Shown here in pieces: positions 31,169-40,732 of a stretch of DNA of 64,000 nucleotides. The DNA comes from an uncultured Candidatus Binatia bacterium (GTDB taxonomy: Bacteria > Desulfobacterota > Binatia > UBA9968 > CAXXLF01): positions 736,001 to 800,000 of the forward strand of contig OZ244621.1 of NCBI GenBank assembly GCA_965218425.1, read 5' to 3'. The notes beneath the pieces are model-generated. The model was given only the letters and a program-made list of their open reading frames with translations, was not told the DNA's origin and did no database searches. The first letter of the stretch is position 1. Each line of letters begins with the position of its first letter. The translations under genes were made by a program, and so were the position numbers.

Positions 31169-32609
31169 CCAATGGTCTTTCTTCTCTTTCCACGGCGGCA
31201 CCAAGTTCGTCGAACCAGCAAAGCTCATCCCTCAAACGGACCACCTCTCCGATAACTGCGAGCACAGGCGGCTTCAACCCTATGGACTGCTTACAGATAG
31301 TAGCCAAGGTGCCGGTGACGGTTTCCTGATGGTCAGTGGTTCCAGAACGAATCAAGGCTATGGGCGTTTCGGGAGGCCGACCATGGGTCAAAAGCTGAGC
31401 AACTATGTGCGGTAGATTGCTGAGCCCCATGACGACAACCAGTGTGTCCACCGCGGTGGACAAGCCTGACCAATCCACCGAGGGTGAATTTTTTATGGAT
31501 TCGTGTCCGGTGATCACGGCAAAGGATGATGAAACCCTTCTGTAGGTCAACGGGATTCCCGCATAGGCGGGGACGGCAACGGCGGAAGTGACACCCGGAA
31601 CAATTTCAAAAGGAACGCCGGTCTCCGCCAAGGCCTGGGCTTCTTCACCCCCACGCCCAAAGACGAAGGGGTCCCCACCCTTGAGACGCACCACGCGTTT
31701 CCCTAAACGGGCCTGGGCAATAAGGACATGGTTAATTTCTTCCTGTGGGAGCAGGTGGTGTCCCGCTTGCTTACCCACGTATATCAGGGCTGCATTAGGA
31801 GAACACTGCTCCACGAGTTCGGGGTTAACCAGGCGGTCATAAACCACCACATCCGCGTCCAGGAGCAGATCCCTCGCGCGGACAGTCAAGAGATCCGGAT
31901 GGCCGGGACCAGCGCCCACCAGGCAAACCTTGCCTGCGGCGGAATCAACGGACCGTTCCCCGCTGGACTGTATTTCCGTCTGATTATCCTGCGTTAACTG
32001 TTTTCGCAGCAGGAGTTTGGCCTCACTAGGCTTGTCTTCCCGGATTAGGCGGCGAACATCGCCTCGCAACGCCTTTCCCCAGGCTCCGGCACTAGGTATG
32101 CATGAGTCGTTTTTCAGCTCCTGCCGCACCTCAGCCGCAATACGAGCAAGCTCGGCATACTCGCGACCGATCCTCTCTTCAAGCTCTTCCCTGACCATCT
32201 TGGCAACCGCAGGGCTTCCCCCTCCGGATCCAACGGCAATCGCAAGGGGCCCCCGCTTGAGTACCGACGGTACGATAAAATCACAATGGCTAGGGTCATC
32301 CACCGCGTTGATCAATACACCCGACCTTCGGCCCTCTTCAGCCACCGCTTCATTAACACCGCCATCGTCGGTGGCGACAAAGGCAATTTCGTAGCCCTTC
32401 AAATCGCCTGATTGAAAGGGGCGGGCAGTATATTTGATCTTTCCTTGATCAAGCCGTAGGCGAAGCTTTTCAGTGAGATCGGGACTGATAACGCAGATAC
32501 GAGCGCACACATCAAGGAGGCTTTCCACCTTGCGCTCGGCGACGCTGCCACCGCCTATCACCAAGCAGCGCCGCTCCGTCATCTCAAGAAATAGAGGATA
32601 GTATCCCAC
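31140..32609 (-). CDS. cysG: Siroheme synthase (precorrin-2 dehydrogenase/ferrochelatase plus uroporphyrinogen-III C-methyltransferase)
   Basis: YYPLFL, GGGSVA.RK, NAVDDP..CDF; LVGAGPG, RLKGGDPFVFGRGGEE, VPGVTSA. Confidence 0.93.
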   Translation of the reverse strand: MGYYPLFLEMTERRCLVIGGGSVAERKVESLLDVCARICVISPDLTEKLRLRLDQGKIKYTARPFQSGDLKGYEIAFVATDDGGVNEAVAEEGRRSGVLINAVDDPSHCDFIVPSVLKRGPLAIAVGSGGGSPAVAKMVREELEERIGREYAELARIAAEVRQELKNDSCIPSAGAWGKALRGDVRRLIREDKPSEAKLLLRKQLTQDNQTEIQSSGERSVDSAAGKVCLVGAGPGHPDLLTVRARDLLLDADVVVYDRLVNPELVEQCSPNAALIYVGKQAGHHLLPQEEINHVLIAQARLGKRVVRLKGGDPFVFGRGGEEAQALAETGVPFEIVPGVTSAVAVPAYAGIPLTYRRVSSSFAVITGHESIKNSPSVDWSGLSTAVDTLVVVMGLSNLPHIVAQLLTHGRPPETPIALIRSGTTDHQETVTGTLATICKQSIGLKPPVLAVIGEVVRLRDELCWFDELGAAVEREERPLDGVPAQIQP

Positions 32610-32712
32610 AGGTTTATTCTCCCGCCCTTAACCCGGAAAAGGGTCGTATCCTGCGATTCGAATCATCTTTTATCAAGCATGAACGATGATCGGTAATCAG
32701 CGACTGAATCAT

Positions 32713-33731
32713 TCACGCCTGCCCGGCAACGTCACCGGTACGGGTCCAATGGGAAAGGATCTTATCAACCTCGGGACGGGTAGACTCTTCCGGCAGCGGA
32801 TTGCCACTACCCAGGAGCTCGCGCACCCGGGCACCGGAGAGCGCCACCCTGTGGGAGGCATCGTGCGGGCAGGTCTTGGCCGAGGCCACGGCACCGCACT
32901 TACGGCAATAGAAAGTCTCGGCGAAATAGAACGGGGTGATATCCAACTCGCTCCGTTCAAACTGGCCAAAAAGGTCCCAGGCATCGTAGGGACCGTAGTA
33001 TCCACCGAAACCACCTGCATCCCGGCCAACGATGAAATGGGTGCAGCCGTAGTTTTTGCGCACAAGGGCATGGAAGACCGCCTCCCTCGGACCAGCGTAT
33101 CGCATGGCCCCGGGAAATACCGAAAGCATTGCCCGATCCTTAGGGAAATAATGTTCGATCAAGACCTCATAGCAGCGCAGACGCACGTCCGATGGAATAT
33201 CATCGAGTTTCGTCTTCCCCACCAACGGGTGAATTAATAAACCGTCCATGAGCTCAAGAGCACATTTTTGGATATACTCGTGTGATCGGTGAATAGGATT
33301 TCGGGTCTGAAAGCCAACCACCGTACGCCACCCAAGTTTCTTGAAGACGGCCCGCGTCTCCACGGGGTCAAGCCTGTGAGCCTCGAAGGAAGACGGAAGC
33401 GGTGGTCTCTCCAGCAAGTTCACCCTACCCCCAAGGAGAACGTCCCCTCGCTGGTGCAAATACCAGACGCTAGGGTGACGATCCTCGTCGGTTCGATAGA
33501 CCTCCATGGCCTCTTTTTTTTGTCGTATTCAAATTCGTTTTCCAGCTTAAGAATACCGACCACTTCCCCCTCTGAGTCCAGCAGCGCCACGTCCTCCCCC
33601 CCAAAGCTCGAGGCCAGCCCCACCCCCGATGAGTACTCTTTGAGGGCCCAACCCAACAGATCCTGCGCGGTCTGGCCTTCAAACTGCTGATTCAATTCTT
33701 TCCAGTCATAATCCTTAGCTGCCAACGACAT
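32713..33731 (-). pseudogene. sat: Chimeric cysH'-'sat: N-terminus of (P)APS reductase joined to an N-truncated sulfate adenylyltransferase, plus a frameshift at an A8 run
   Basis: CysH-like LNQQFEGQTAQDLLGWA...ASSFGGEDVALLD continues as Sat-like [20 protein letters not shown], shifts at T8 (33514-33521) into [10 protein letters not shown], then [28 protein letters not shown]. Confidence 0.85.
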
Positions 33732-33778
33732 TCACCCGTACCTCCTAGATTCATTTATTTTGAGCTTATAGGCTGACT

Positions 33779-34363
33779 TTACGAATCGACGATATCACCA
33801 AGATTTTTCAGCAACGTGGCCGCATCAAACTTGGCTGAGGACTTCAATCGCACGGCGAATCGCTGCTGGGGATCCTCCTCCCGCTGGAAGGTAAACTCTG
33901 CGCCGCCGAATAACCGCTGCCCCAGTGATTCCAGGTCCGACTTCACAGATTGAAAAGTTTCTTCGGTATTCGGCGCCAGAAGACGGTCGTTGATCATAAA
34001 CAGGGTTTCATCACCGGAAAACCTAAATTTCCCCTCGAGGGAAGGCTCCTCTTCTAACCTACGGCAATATTCCAGAGTCGTTTTAACCGCGCGACGGATC
34101 TTCTCCCCATTGGTCCCCTGAAGAGGCTGCTTTCGGTTGTAAAGAAGGCCCAGCCGGTTCGCTGAATTGTCGATGCTTAGGTTTGCCTCATGGGCTACAA
34201 GAAGAATGCCGGGCCCGGCGTGCATATGGCTGTAATCCGCCACGTCATGGTATTCTCCGTCCGTGGCCTGGATCCAAGAATGAAAGATTGGAACAAATGC
34301 CACCAAGGGAATACCATCAGGGTCCGCAACAAATACTTTTATATTGATCTTCTGTAGGTCCAT
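33779..34363 (-). CDS. Conserved hypothetical protein associated with sulfite reductase
   Basis: 194-aa ORF with FHSWIQ, DVADYSHMHAGPGILL, NDRLLAPN motifs; directly downstream of the sulfite reductase. Confidence 0.7.
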   Translation of the reverse strand: MDLQKINIKVFVADPDGIPLVAFVPIFHSWIQATDGEYHDVADYSHMHAGPGILLVAHEANLSIDNSANRLGLLYNRKQPLQGTNGEKIRRAVKTTLEYCRRLEEEPSLEGKFRFSGDETLFMINDRLLAPNTEETFQSVKSDLESLGQRLFGGAEFTFQREEDPQQRFAVRLKSSAKFDAATLLKNLGDIVDS

Positions 34364-34377
34364 ATCAGCAAATCAAT

Positions 34378-36651
34378 TCACGGGAGGGCCCTGCCCCCTT
34401 GGAGCCGGCCGAAGCAACTGTGGGCGGCGTCGATAAAAAGCTGGGCCTCCTCGATTCGCTGGCGGGCTAGATCGCCTGTGGTATGCCCGTTGCCACCATT
34501 GCCCTGTAGAGATTCTTTGGCGATGAATAGAAAATCCGCAAATTTGCTTCCGGCATACTTGTCGTAAAACAAGCCGGTGTCACAAAATCGCTTGCGGAAC
34601 TCCGCCAATACCACCTCTTCGTCATCCGTGACATCCGCGTTTTGAATTTTGACAAGACCTTGAGCGGCATGGACCATGGAGAGATAGGCGGTCTGAACTG
34701 CTTTCCCGAAATCCTCGTCGTCAAAGAAAAATTGGGATTCGAAAAGCTCCCGCTCGCTAGCCGCCAGTGCGAATTGCGTCTGGGACACAACCTCACCAGC
34801 GCATTCCCCAACCCCCATATCCGTTAGGGTGAACTCCCGCGGATCACCCCAGTCGCTATACAGGGAAGAATCCAGGTCATGGGAAGGGACTGATGTAAGA
34901 TCCTCAAGCAGCCCCTTAACTTTCACCTTACCGATTCTTCCAATGAAATCTTGAAAGCTCTCTCCCCTGAGCCGGTCCTGAACGTAGCGATCGGTCACCC
35001 GGACAACCACATCCGGAATACGTTTCGACGGCACCGCGCCCACGGCCAGTCCATAGGCCCCGGCATTTTTCTTCCACTTACCTCCTAACATCACCTGGAA
35101 GTGAGGCACGGTGTAGCTGCCAATGTGCCTGCTGATGCCGTAAAACCCCAGGTCGGCCACATGGTGCTGGCCGCAACCGTTGAAACAACCGCTCACCTTG
35201 ATGCGAAGGTCCTTGACCGCTTCGTCCAGTTGAAGGCTCTTTTCACCCAGACGAGTACGCAACTCGTTGGCAAGACCTCGGGATGATGCGATTCCCAGCT
35301 TGCAGGTGTCCGTTCCCGGGCACGCCGTAACATCCACAATGGTACCGGCGTTGGGCTCACCTAGACCCATGGCACAGAGGGCTTTGTAAATTTCGGGCAG
35401 GTCTGATTCGCTCACCCATCGAAAGAGAATATTCTGTTCCACGGTTGTTCGGATGCTATCCTTGACGAAACGGCGCGCCAGAGCGGCCAGGCCCCGGAAC
35501 TGATCCGCGGTGATATCACCCAAGGGCAAGGTCACACCCGCCACAACATGGCCAGTCTGTCTCTGGGAGTAGACGTTTGTGGCACGCCAGGCCTTGAACC
35601 CTGCCGACACTTCCGAGCCATTAAAACTGGCACCTTTCTTTAGTGGCACCTCCATAGGAGCATTGACTGTGGAAAGATACTCGGTCCAGTGGGGGTCGGA
35701 TGTGAGTTTTTCGCGCTCCTCCAACACCAGCCTGCAAAACTCCTCGATTCCTAGCCTGGCCACAAGAAACTTGATCCGTGCGCGGGCCCGATTGCGCTTT
35801 TCCCCCAACCGGGCGAAGACCCGCACAATGGCCTGTGCCATGGGTAGGAGCTCTTGTTCCGGGAGGAATTCGTCAAACAGCTTTGCCTGATGGGGCACCG
35901 CCCCAAGCCCCCCACCCACGTAGAACTCAAAGCCCCGCTGTTCTTTCCCATCCACAACTCTCTTCTTTGCGATGGCCCCCATATCATGCATGCTGGTCAG
36001 TCCGCAGGCCTCCTCTTTGCAGCCCGAAAAGGCAATCTTGAATTTTCTGCCAAAGTCCTGGGTGTCGGGATGACCCAACAGGAACTCAGCGCAGGCCTTT
36101 GCATAGGGAGTCACGTCAAAAGCCTCACCCTTACACACCCCCGCAATGGGGCAGGCCGTCACATTGCGAACAACGTTGCCGCAGGCCTCCCGGGTGGTGA
36201 TCCCCACAGCGGCAAGCCGACGCATCAAGATGGGCGTGTCATCGATATGGATAAAATGATATTGAATGTCCTGGCGTGTGGTGACATGAGAAACCCCGTC
36301 AGAGTATTCCTCTGACAGATCTGCCAAAACCTCCATCTGCTCAGGATTGAGTCCGCCGAAGGGGATCTTAATCCGTAACATCCCGGGGGCATCCCATACC
36401 GTTTCAGGTCCCTTGGTGAGATCCCCGGAGGGTAACTTGAGCTTCTGTACCCGAGTCCCATCATGCCGCTGTCCATTGTCGTAGCGCTGGCCGTAGACAC
36501 CGCGCCGCAGGCGGGTTTCAGCAAAGACCTTCTCCTCGATCTTGCCCTGCTTGCGAAGCTCAATCTGGGTCTCAAATATATCGATCTCTCGAGCGAGCTC
36601 AGGGGACATGCTAGGAGCAAGCTTTTCTTTCCAACTCAAAATATTACTCAT
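34378..36651 (-). CDS. Siroheme nitrite/sulfite reductase (ferredoxin type) with C-terminal extension
   Basis: RLRRGVYGQR, HVTTRQ, REACGN, RKFK, CPGTDTC...SGCFNGCGQH [4Fe-4S]/siroheme ligands; cys-gene context. Confidence 0.9.
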   Translation of the reverse strand: MSNILSWKEKLAPSMSPELAREIDIFETQIELRKQGKIEEKVFAETRLRRGVYGQRYDNGQRHDGTRVQKLKLPSGDLTKGPETVWDAPGMLRIKIPFGGLNPEQMEVLADLSEEYSDGVSHVTTRQDIQYHFIHIDDTPILMRRLAAVGITTREACGNVVRNVTACPIAGVCKGEAFDVTPYAKACAEFLLGHPDTQDFGRKFKIAFSGCKEEACGLTSMHDMGAIAKKRVVDGKEQRGFEFYVGGGLGAVPHQAKLFDEFLPEQELLPMAQAIVRVFARLGEKRNRARARIKFLVARLGIEEFCRLVLEEREKLTSDPHWTEYLSTVNAPMEVPLKKGASFNGSEVSAGFKAWRATNVYSQRQTGHVVAGVTLPLGDITADQFRGLAALARRFVKDSIRTTVEQNILFRWVSESDLPEIYKALCAMGLGEPNAGTIVDVTACPGTDTCKLGIASSRGLANELRTRLGEKSLQLDEAVKDLRIKVSGCFNGCGQHHVADLGFYGISRHIGSYTVPHFQVMLGGKWKKNAGAYGLAVGAVPSKRIPDVVVRVTDRYVQDRLRGESFQDFIGRIGKVKVKGLLEDLTSVPSHDLDSSLYSDWGDPREFTLTDMGVGECAGEVVSQTQFALAASERELFESQFFFDDEDFGKAVQTAYLSMVHAAQGLVKIQNADVTDDEEVVLAEFRKRFCDTGLFYDKYAGSKFADFLFIAKESLQGNGGNGHTTGDLARQRIEEAQLFIDAAHSCFGRLQGGRALP

Positions 36652-36771
36652 AAGGCCACCTCCTCAAAGGACTGGCATTATTTTTTATAAATACAATCAA
36701 AAAAGTTAAGAATACTAACGTTTATATAATATTCCGATAGGTAATGTCAAGATTAAAACAAAATTAAATTT

Positions 36772-37478
36772 GGGTCATGCCTAGCTGAGTGGGTTTTCGC
36801 ATAGGTACTGTAGCAGGGTTCGATACTTGTTGGAACCTCGACGGTTGTATCGCCATTCGGTTTCCTTGAGATGGAGGTGCAAGGTGTGTTTGGGCAGGCC
36901 TTTGAACCTTGCCAGCCTGACCTTCGCCAGAGCCCACAAGCCCTAGATGCCGTTGATATGGACGGCCCCCTTGGTGAACTCCTCCTTGCAATGATCGACG
37001 CGGAAGTGACCATAGCCGAGATCGACTAGGGCGTTGTAGCCACGCCAGCCATCGGAATGGATGACGGTGCTGGCGTCCACCCGGCCCCGGATAATGCCCT
37101 GTAACGTCGGCTTCGAGCAATCCGAGACGATCTCGGTGTAGACTTGCCCCTGGCGCTCGAAGATGCCGAAGACGGCTGTTTTGCCGTAGGCACCGCGCCC
37201 CAAACAAGCTCTCATCGACCTCGACGACACCAAACAAGGGACGCTGCGTTTCACAACCAAGCACAATACGCTCCCTCAAGCCACGGTAGAGCCGGTTCAC
37301 GGTGTGGCGGTTCAGACCGCTCAGAGCCGCCGCCTGGAGTGCGGTCAAATCAGCGGCAAAACAGCGCACGACCCCCCGGATCTTGGCCTCAGAAGTCCTT
37401 GAACGCTTCGCATGCTTGTTTTTCATTGCCATGTATAGCCTTATGCATCATTCTATATTCCTCAGCTAGGCATGACCC
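36772..37478 (-). mobile_element. IS1595-family element (IS1016-like, 707 bp)
   Basis: Perfect 18-bp TIRs gggtcatgcctagctgag (36772-36789) and ctcagctaggcatgaccc (37461-37478); 8-bp TSD ttaaattt at 36764-36771 and 37479-37486. Confidence 0.95.
36781..37432 (-). pseudogene. IS1595 family transposase, inactivated
   Basis: VEVDESLFG, GRGAYGKTAVFG, IHSDGWRGY, HINGI*GLW, LHLKETEWR motifs; frameshifting deletion near 37195-37203 and TAG at 36943-36945. Confidence 0.88.
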
Positions 37479-37534
37479 TTAAATTTTATGCCCACAGGAG
37501 CAATTTAAACATTTTTCTTCCTAAATAACAAATT

Positions 37535-37592
37535 TTACCAATCAATAAAGTCTATATTACTAATAATAAAATAGATCTATAAAGTCAAGCTT
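37535..37592 (-). promoter_or_regulatory. AT-rich promoter region with possible Rrf2 (IscR/CymR-type) boxes; a similar box lies near 36725-36752
   Basis: Minus strand cttgactttatagatctattt...aatatagactttattgattggtaaaat and cttgacattacctatcggaatat upstream of a cys operon; resemblance judged by eye only. Confidence 0.35.
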
Positions 37593-37660
37593 ATGGTAAA
37601 GAAGCTAACAGGATGACGGGGCTAAAGGACCAAGAGGAATATCGACTTTAGCGAAGGTGG

Positions 37661-38863
37661 TCAACGCCTTGGAATTTTGAGTTGCTGACCGACGGTAATG
37701 AAGTGGATGTTCGAAAGCCCGTTGAGGCTCTGAATTTCACGGATGGGGATTCGATAGGCATTGGCGATATGGGAGAGGGTCTCTCCCCGTGCGACCTGAT
37801 GTCGCACCCAGAGCCCAGCCACCGCCTTTTCATAGGCTCGGGTAAGAACTTCCAGCCGCTCCGCAGGCACTTTCACTCGATACCACTTTGGGATGACTCT
37901 GATCCTGCGGCTCAATGCTGGGTTCCAGGCGAGAAACTGCTTGCGCGAAACATCGGCAAATCGAAGCAAAAATGAGACGGAAATGAGCTGATCCATCTTC
38001 AACTCTGCGAAGTTAACCGGTGTATGGTACTCCAAATCGGGTAAATACTCTTCATCGCGTTTTGCTACGTCCACCGCGGCCAGAAACTCTGCGTAAAAAT
38101 TCTTAGACGACACACCGAAACGGCGGCCCTTGTATTTACGGATTATTTCCATGAAATCGTCGGTGCCAACTCTTGCAATTGCCCGGCGTATACCGTTCCG
38201 TCCATGATTGTAAGCGGTAATTGCTAAGGGCCAACTGCCAAACATGTCGTAGTTTTCCGCCAATAAACTGGCGGCGGCGCGGGTGGATTCCAGTGGATCC
38301 TTCCTCTCGTCCACGGTGGATGTGATTCGGAGGTATTTTCGTCCTGTCCTGCGTATAAACTGCCACATGCCCACCGCACCCGCACTTGAGCGAGCATTCA
38401 CCTGAAAAGACGATTCGATGAGGGGTAAGTACGCAAGCTCCACAGGCAGACCACGCTCCTGAAAAACTGCTTGAATCTGTTCTATATAACGCTCGGAGCG
38501 CTCCATTCCCAAGATAAAGTTCTCTTTTGCCCCTCGCTGCCCCAAAACCCTGTGCCTCGACTCGAGGCCGTGTTGACGAACAATTCTCATGCGTTCGCGA
38601 CGCACGAGGCTACGGACACGTCGTCTTTTGCCCACTCGCATAACCTTGTATATCTTCGACGGATCCATGGGGTCGTAAAAAACAATTTCTTCTGTACTAT
38701 ATTTAGTAAAGATCTGCTTCCAAAATTCGATGGCCGGCTCAAGTCCGGAGGGAACCGGGAAAGGACTGGCCCCTGCGGAATCCTCCTGGCCCACCGCACG
38801 GAAGGAAACCAAGGAGACTACAAGCAATAAAAGACAAATGGGAAGTCGTTTGGAAAAAACCAT
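37661..38863 (-). CDS. Lytic transglycosylase with C-terminal LysM (MltD-like)
   Basis: Signal peptide, IESSF, AGAVGMWQF, DER.DP, AYNHG, C-terminal LysM (HQVARGETLSHIA). Confidence 0.9.
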   Translation of the reverse strand: MVFSKRLPICLLLLVVSLVSFRAVGQEDSAGASPFPVPSGLEPAIEFWKQIFTKYSTEEIVFYDPMDPSKIYKVMRVGKRRRVRSLVRRERMRIVRQHGLESRHRVLGQRGAKENFILGMERSERYIEQIQAVFQERGLPVELAYLPLIESSFQVNARSSAGAVGMWQFIRRTGRKYLRITSTVDERKDPLESTRAAASLLAENYDMFGSWPLAITAYNHGRNGIRRAIARVGTDDFMEIIRKYKGRRFGVSSKNFYAEFLAAVDVAKRDEEYLPDLEYHTPVNFAELKMDQLISVSFLLRFADVSRKQFLAWNPALSRRIRVIPKWYRVKVPAERLEVLTRAYEKAVAGLWVRHQVARGETLSHIANAYRIPIREIQSLNGLSNIHFITVGQQLKIPRR

Positions 38864-39000
38864 GCGCCCCGCCCACCGGATGAAAGATTTCAATATGATA
38901 TCGGCTGAACCACCAAGGGTCAAGAAAAATCAAAAAAAAGGACCCGGCATTGCCATCGCATGCCTGGGGTGATAGAAGATAAAAAATGAGGTGAATTCCT

Positions 39001-39561
39001 ATGAAACTCTTTTCTTCCAGTAGTTGACCTTTCGCCCACAGGACTAGGCTTGTCCTGGCAGAGAAAAATATTCCTTACGAGCTTATCGAGGTGGACTTAA
39101 AAAATAAGCCAAAGGAACTCTGGGAGCAAAACCCATACGGGAAGGTTCCTGTACTTATGGACGGCGACGTGACCGTTTACGAATCTGCCATCATCAACGA
39201 ATACCTCGATGAAAAGTTTCCCCAAGTTCCTTTGGTACCAACGGACTTAGCCCAAAGGGCGCGCATGAGGATCTGGATTGACTTCTGCAATACCAGGCTC
39301 CAGCAGGCGGCAAGCAACTATCGGCACGGGCACGAAGTAGAAAAAGCGAAAAAGAATCTCAAAAAGCACCTCCTCACCCTGGACCGGGAAATGACGGATC
39401 GGGAATATCTTGTTGGCAGCTACTCCTTGGCGGACTTAACCTACATCCCATTCTTTGTACGCCAGCCACGCTACGGGTATACCGTCGACGATAGCACCCC
39501 CCATGTTAAGGCATGGATGGACCGCCTCCTGGCACGCCCGGCCCTGAGAGCCGAGCCCTGA
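39001..39561 (+). CDS. Glutathione S-transferase, probable selenoprotein (Sec at codon 9, UPFA motif)
   Basis: RBS gaggtg and ATG 39001; MKLFSSSS*PFAHRTRLVLAEKNIPYELIEVDLKNKP is in frame with ORF 39091..39561 (NPYGKVPVL, YESAII, SLAD); TGA 39025-39027 sits at the CPF catalytic position. Confidence 0.85.
39028..39065 (+). promoter_or_regulatory. Putative bacterial SECIS element
   Basis: Stem caggac (39039-39044)/gtcctg (39052-39057) with a G-containing loop, starting 11 nt after the UGA and extendable by gcc/ggc. Confidence 0.65.
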
Positions 39562-39573
39562 ACCGACAAGGGT

Positions 39574-40668
39574 TTAAAACCCGTAAAACCGTTTAGCGTT
39601 ATCTTCGAGTATCCTTTTCTTCGCCGAAACGGAAAGGTCTCTTCGTTCGCCCAATAACCTGGCCGTTCCCTCGGTGCGATCGGCGTGGGGATAGTCTGAG
39701 GAGTACATAAGTAAATCCTCGCCCATTTCACCCACCGCACGACCAAGGTACGTTTCGTCCCCCTCACAGCCAAAAAAGATCCTACCCGAGCGGAGATATT
39801 CGCTTGGAGGACGAGAGATCAACTGACGCGCATGATAACGGGGATTTTCAAAATGGTTGTCCATGCGTTCCACATAGGAGGCCACCCAATTACACCCCCC
39901 CTCGAGAAAGGCAAAGCGTAGATTCGGATACCGTTCCATAAGACCGGTACAAAGAACGCTGGTCAATCCAGCCATAACGGGAAACACGCCCGCTAGCACG
40001 CGGGTTGGGAAAAAATGATGGAAGAGATCAGTGACTCCGGGAAATTCAAGGCTAAAGTGAATTGCGATGGGTATCTGCAATCGATCCGCCTGTGCGAAAA
40101 AGGCATCGTGGTGGGGATGATCCAGGCGCTTATCCCCCACTGTCCCATTGATCATGACTGCGGCCAGACCCAGCTCCTTTAAATGTGACAGCTCTTGCGC
40201 CGCTCCCTCGGGATCGCGAAGGCACACCAGCCCCAAACCTTTCAACCGGTGAGGCGCCGCCCCACAGGCTTTGCCGAGCCATGTATTGTAAGCAGAACAG
40301 ACGCCGTTTCCCAACACACCATCATCCCAAGAGTTAATGTGCAGAAGAAAGCTGGGAAAGAGAAACTGAACGTCAATGCCCTCCTTGTCCAAATCATCCA
40401 GCCGCTCTTTGACATTGGCAAGAGTCTGACTCCCAACGGACGCCCGGCGGAACTTGGCCAGCTCCCCGCCGGGGGGCGCCGCCGACCCTGGATTGAATGC
40501 CCCGGGGTTTTTCGGACGCCGATAACGAGTCTGTCCATCCATGACCCAAAAGTTATGACCCTCGTCATCGGCGATGAGCCGCGGACGGTACTTGCGCAGT
40601 GAAGGCTCCATATATTTTTCAAACACCTCCTCCGTCTCAAAGAGGTGCCCATCAGCATCAATGATCAT
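39574..40668 (-). CDS. Amidohydrolase family 2 protein
   Basis: IDADGH, AYNTW, AIH, FLEGG, SSDYPH. Confidence 0.88.
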   Translation of the reverse strand: MIIDADGHLFETEEVFEKYMEPSLRKYRPRLIADDEGHNFWVMDGQTRYRRPKNPGAFNPGSAAPPGGELAKFRRASVGSQTLANVKERLDDLDKEGIDVQFLFPSFLLHINSWDDGVLGNGVCSAYNTWLGKACGAAPHRLKGLGLVCLRDPEGAAQELSHLKELGLAAVMINGTVGDKRLDHPHHDAFFAQADRLQIPIAIHFSLEFPGVTDLFHHFFPTRVLAGVFPVMAGLTSVLCTGLMERYPNLRFAFLEGGCNWVASYVERMDNHFENPRYHARQLISRPPSEYLRSGRIFFGCEGDETYLGRAVGEMGEDLLMYSSDYPHADRTEGTARLLGERRDLSVSAKKRILEDNAKRFYGF

Positions 40669-40732
40669 TTATTCCTCCGTCCGGACAAACTTCCCCCATT
40701 GCAGTGAAACAAACTAAAAATTACGCTCACAC

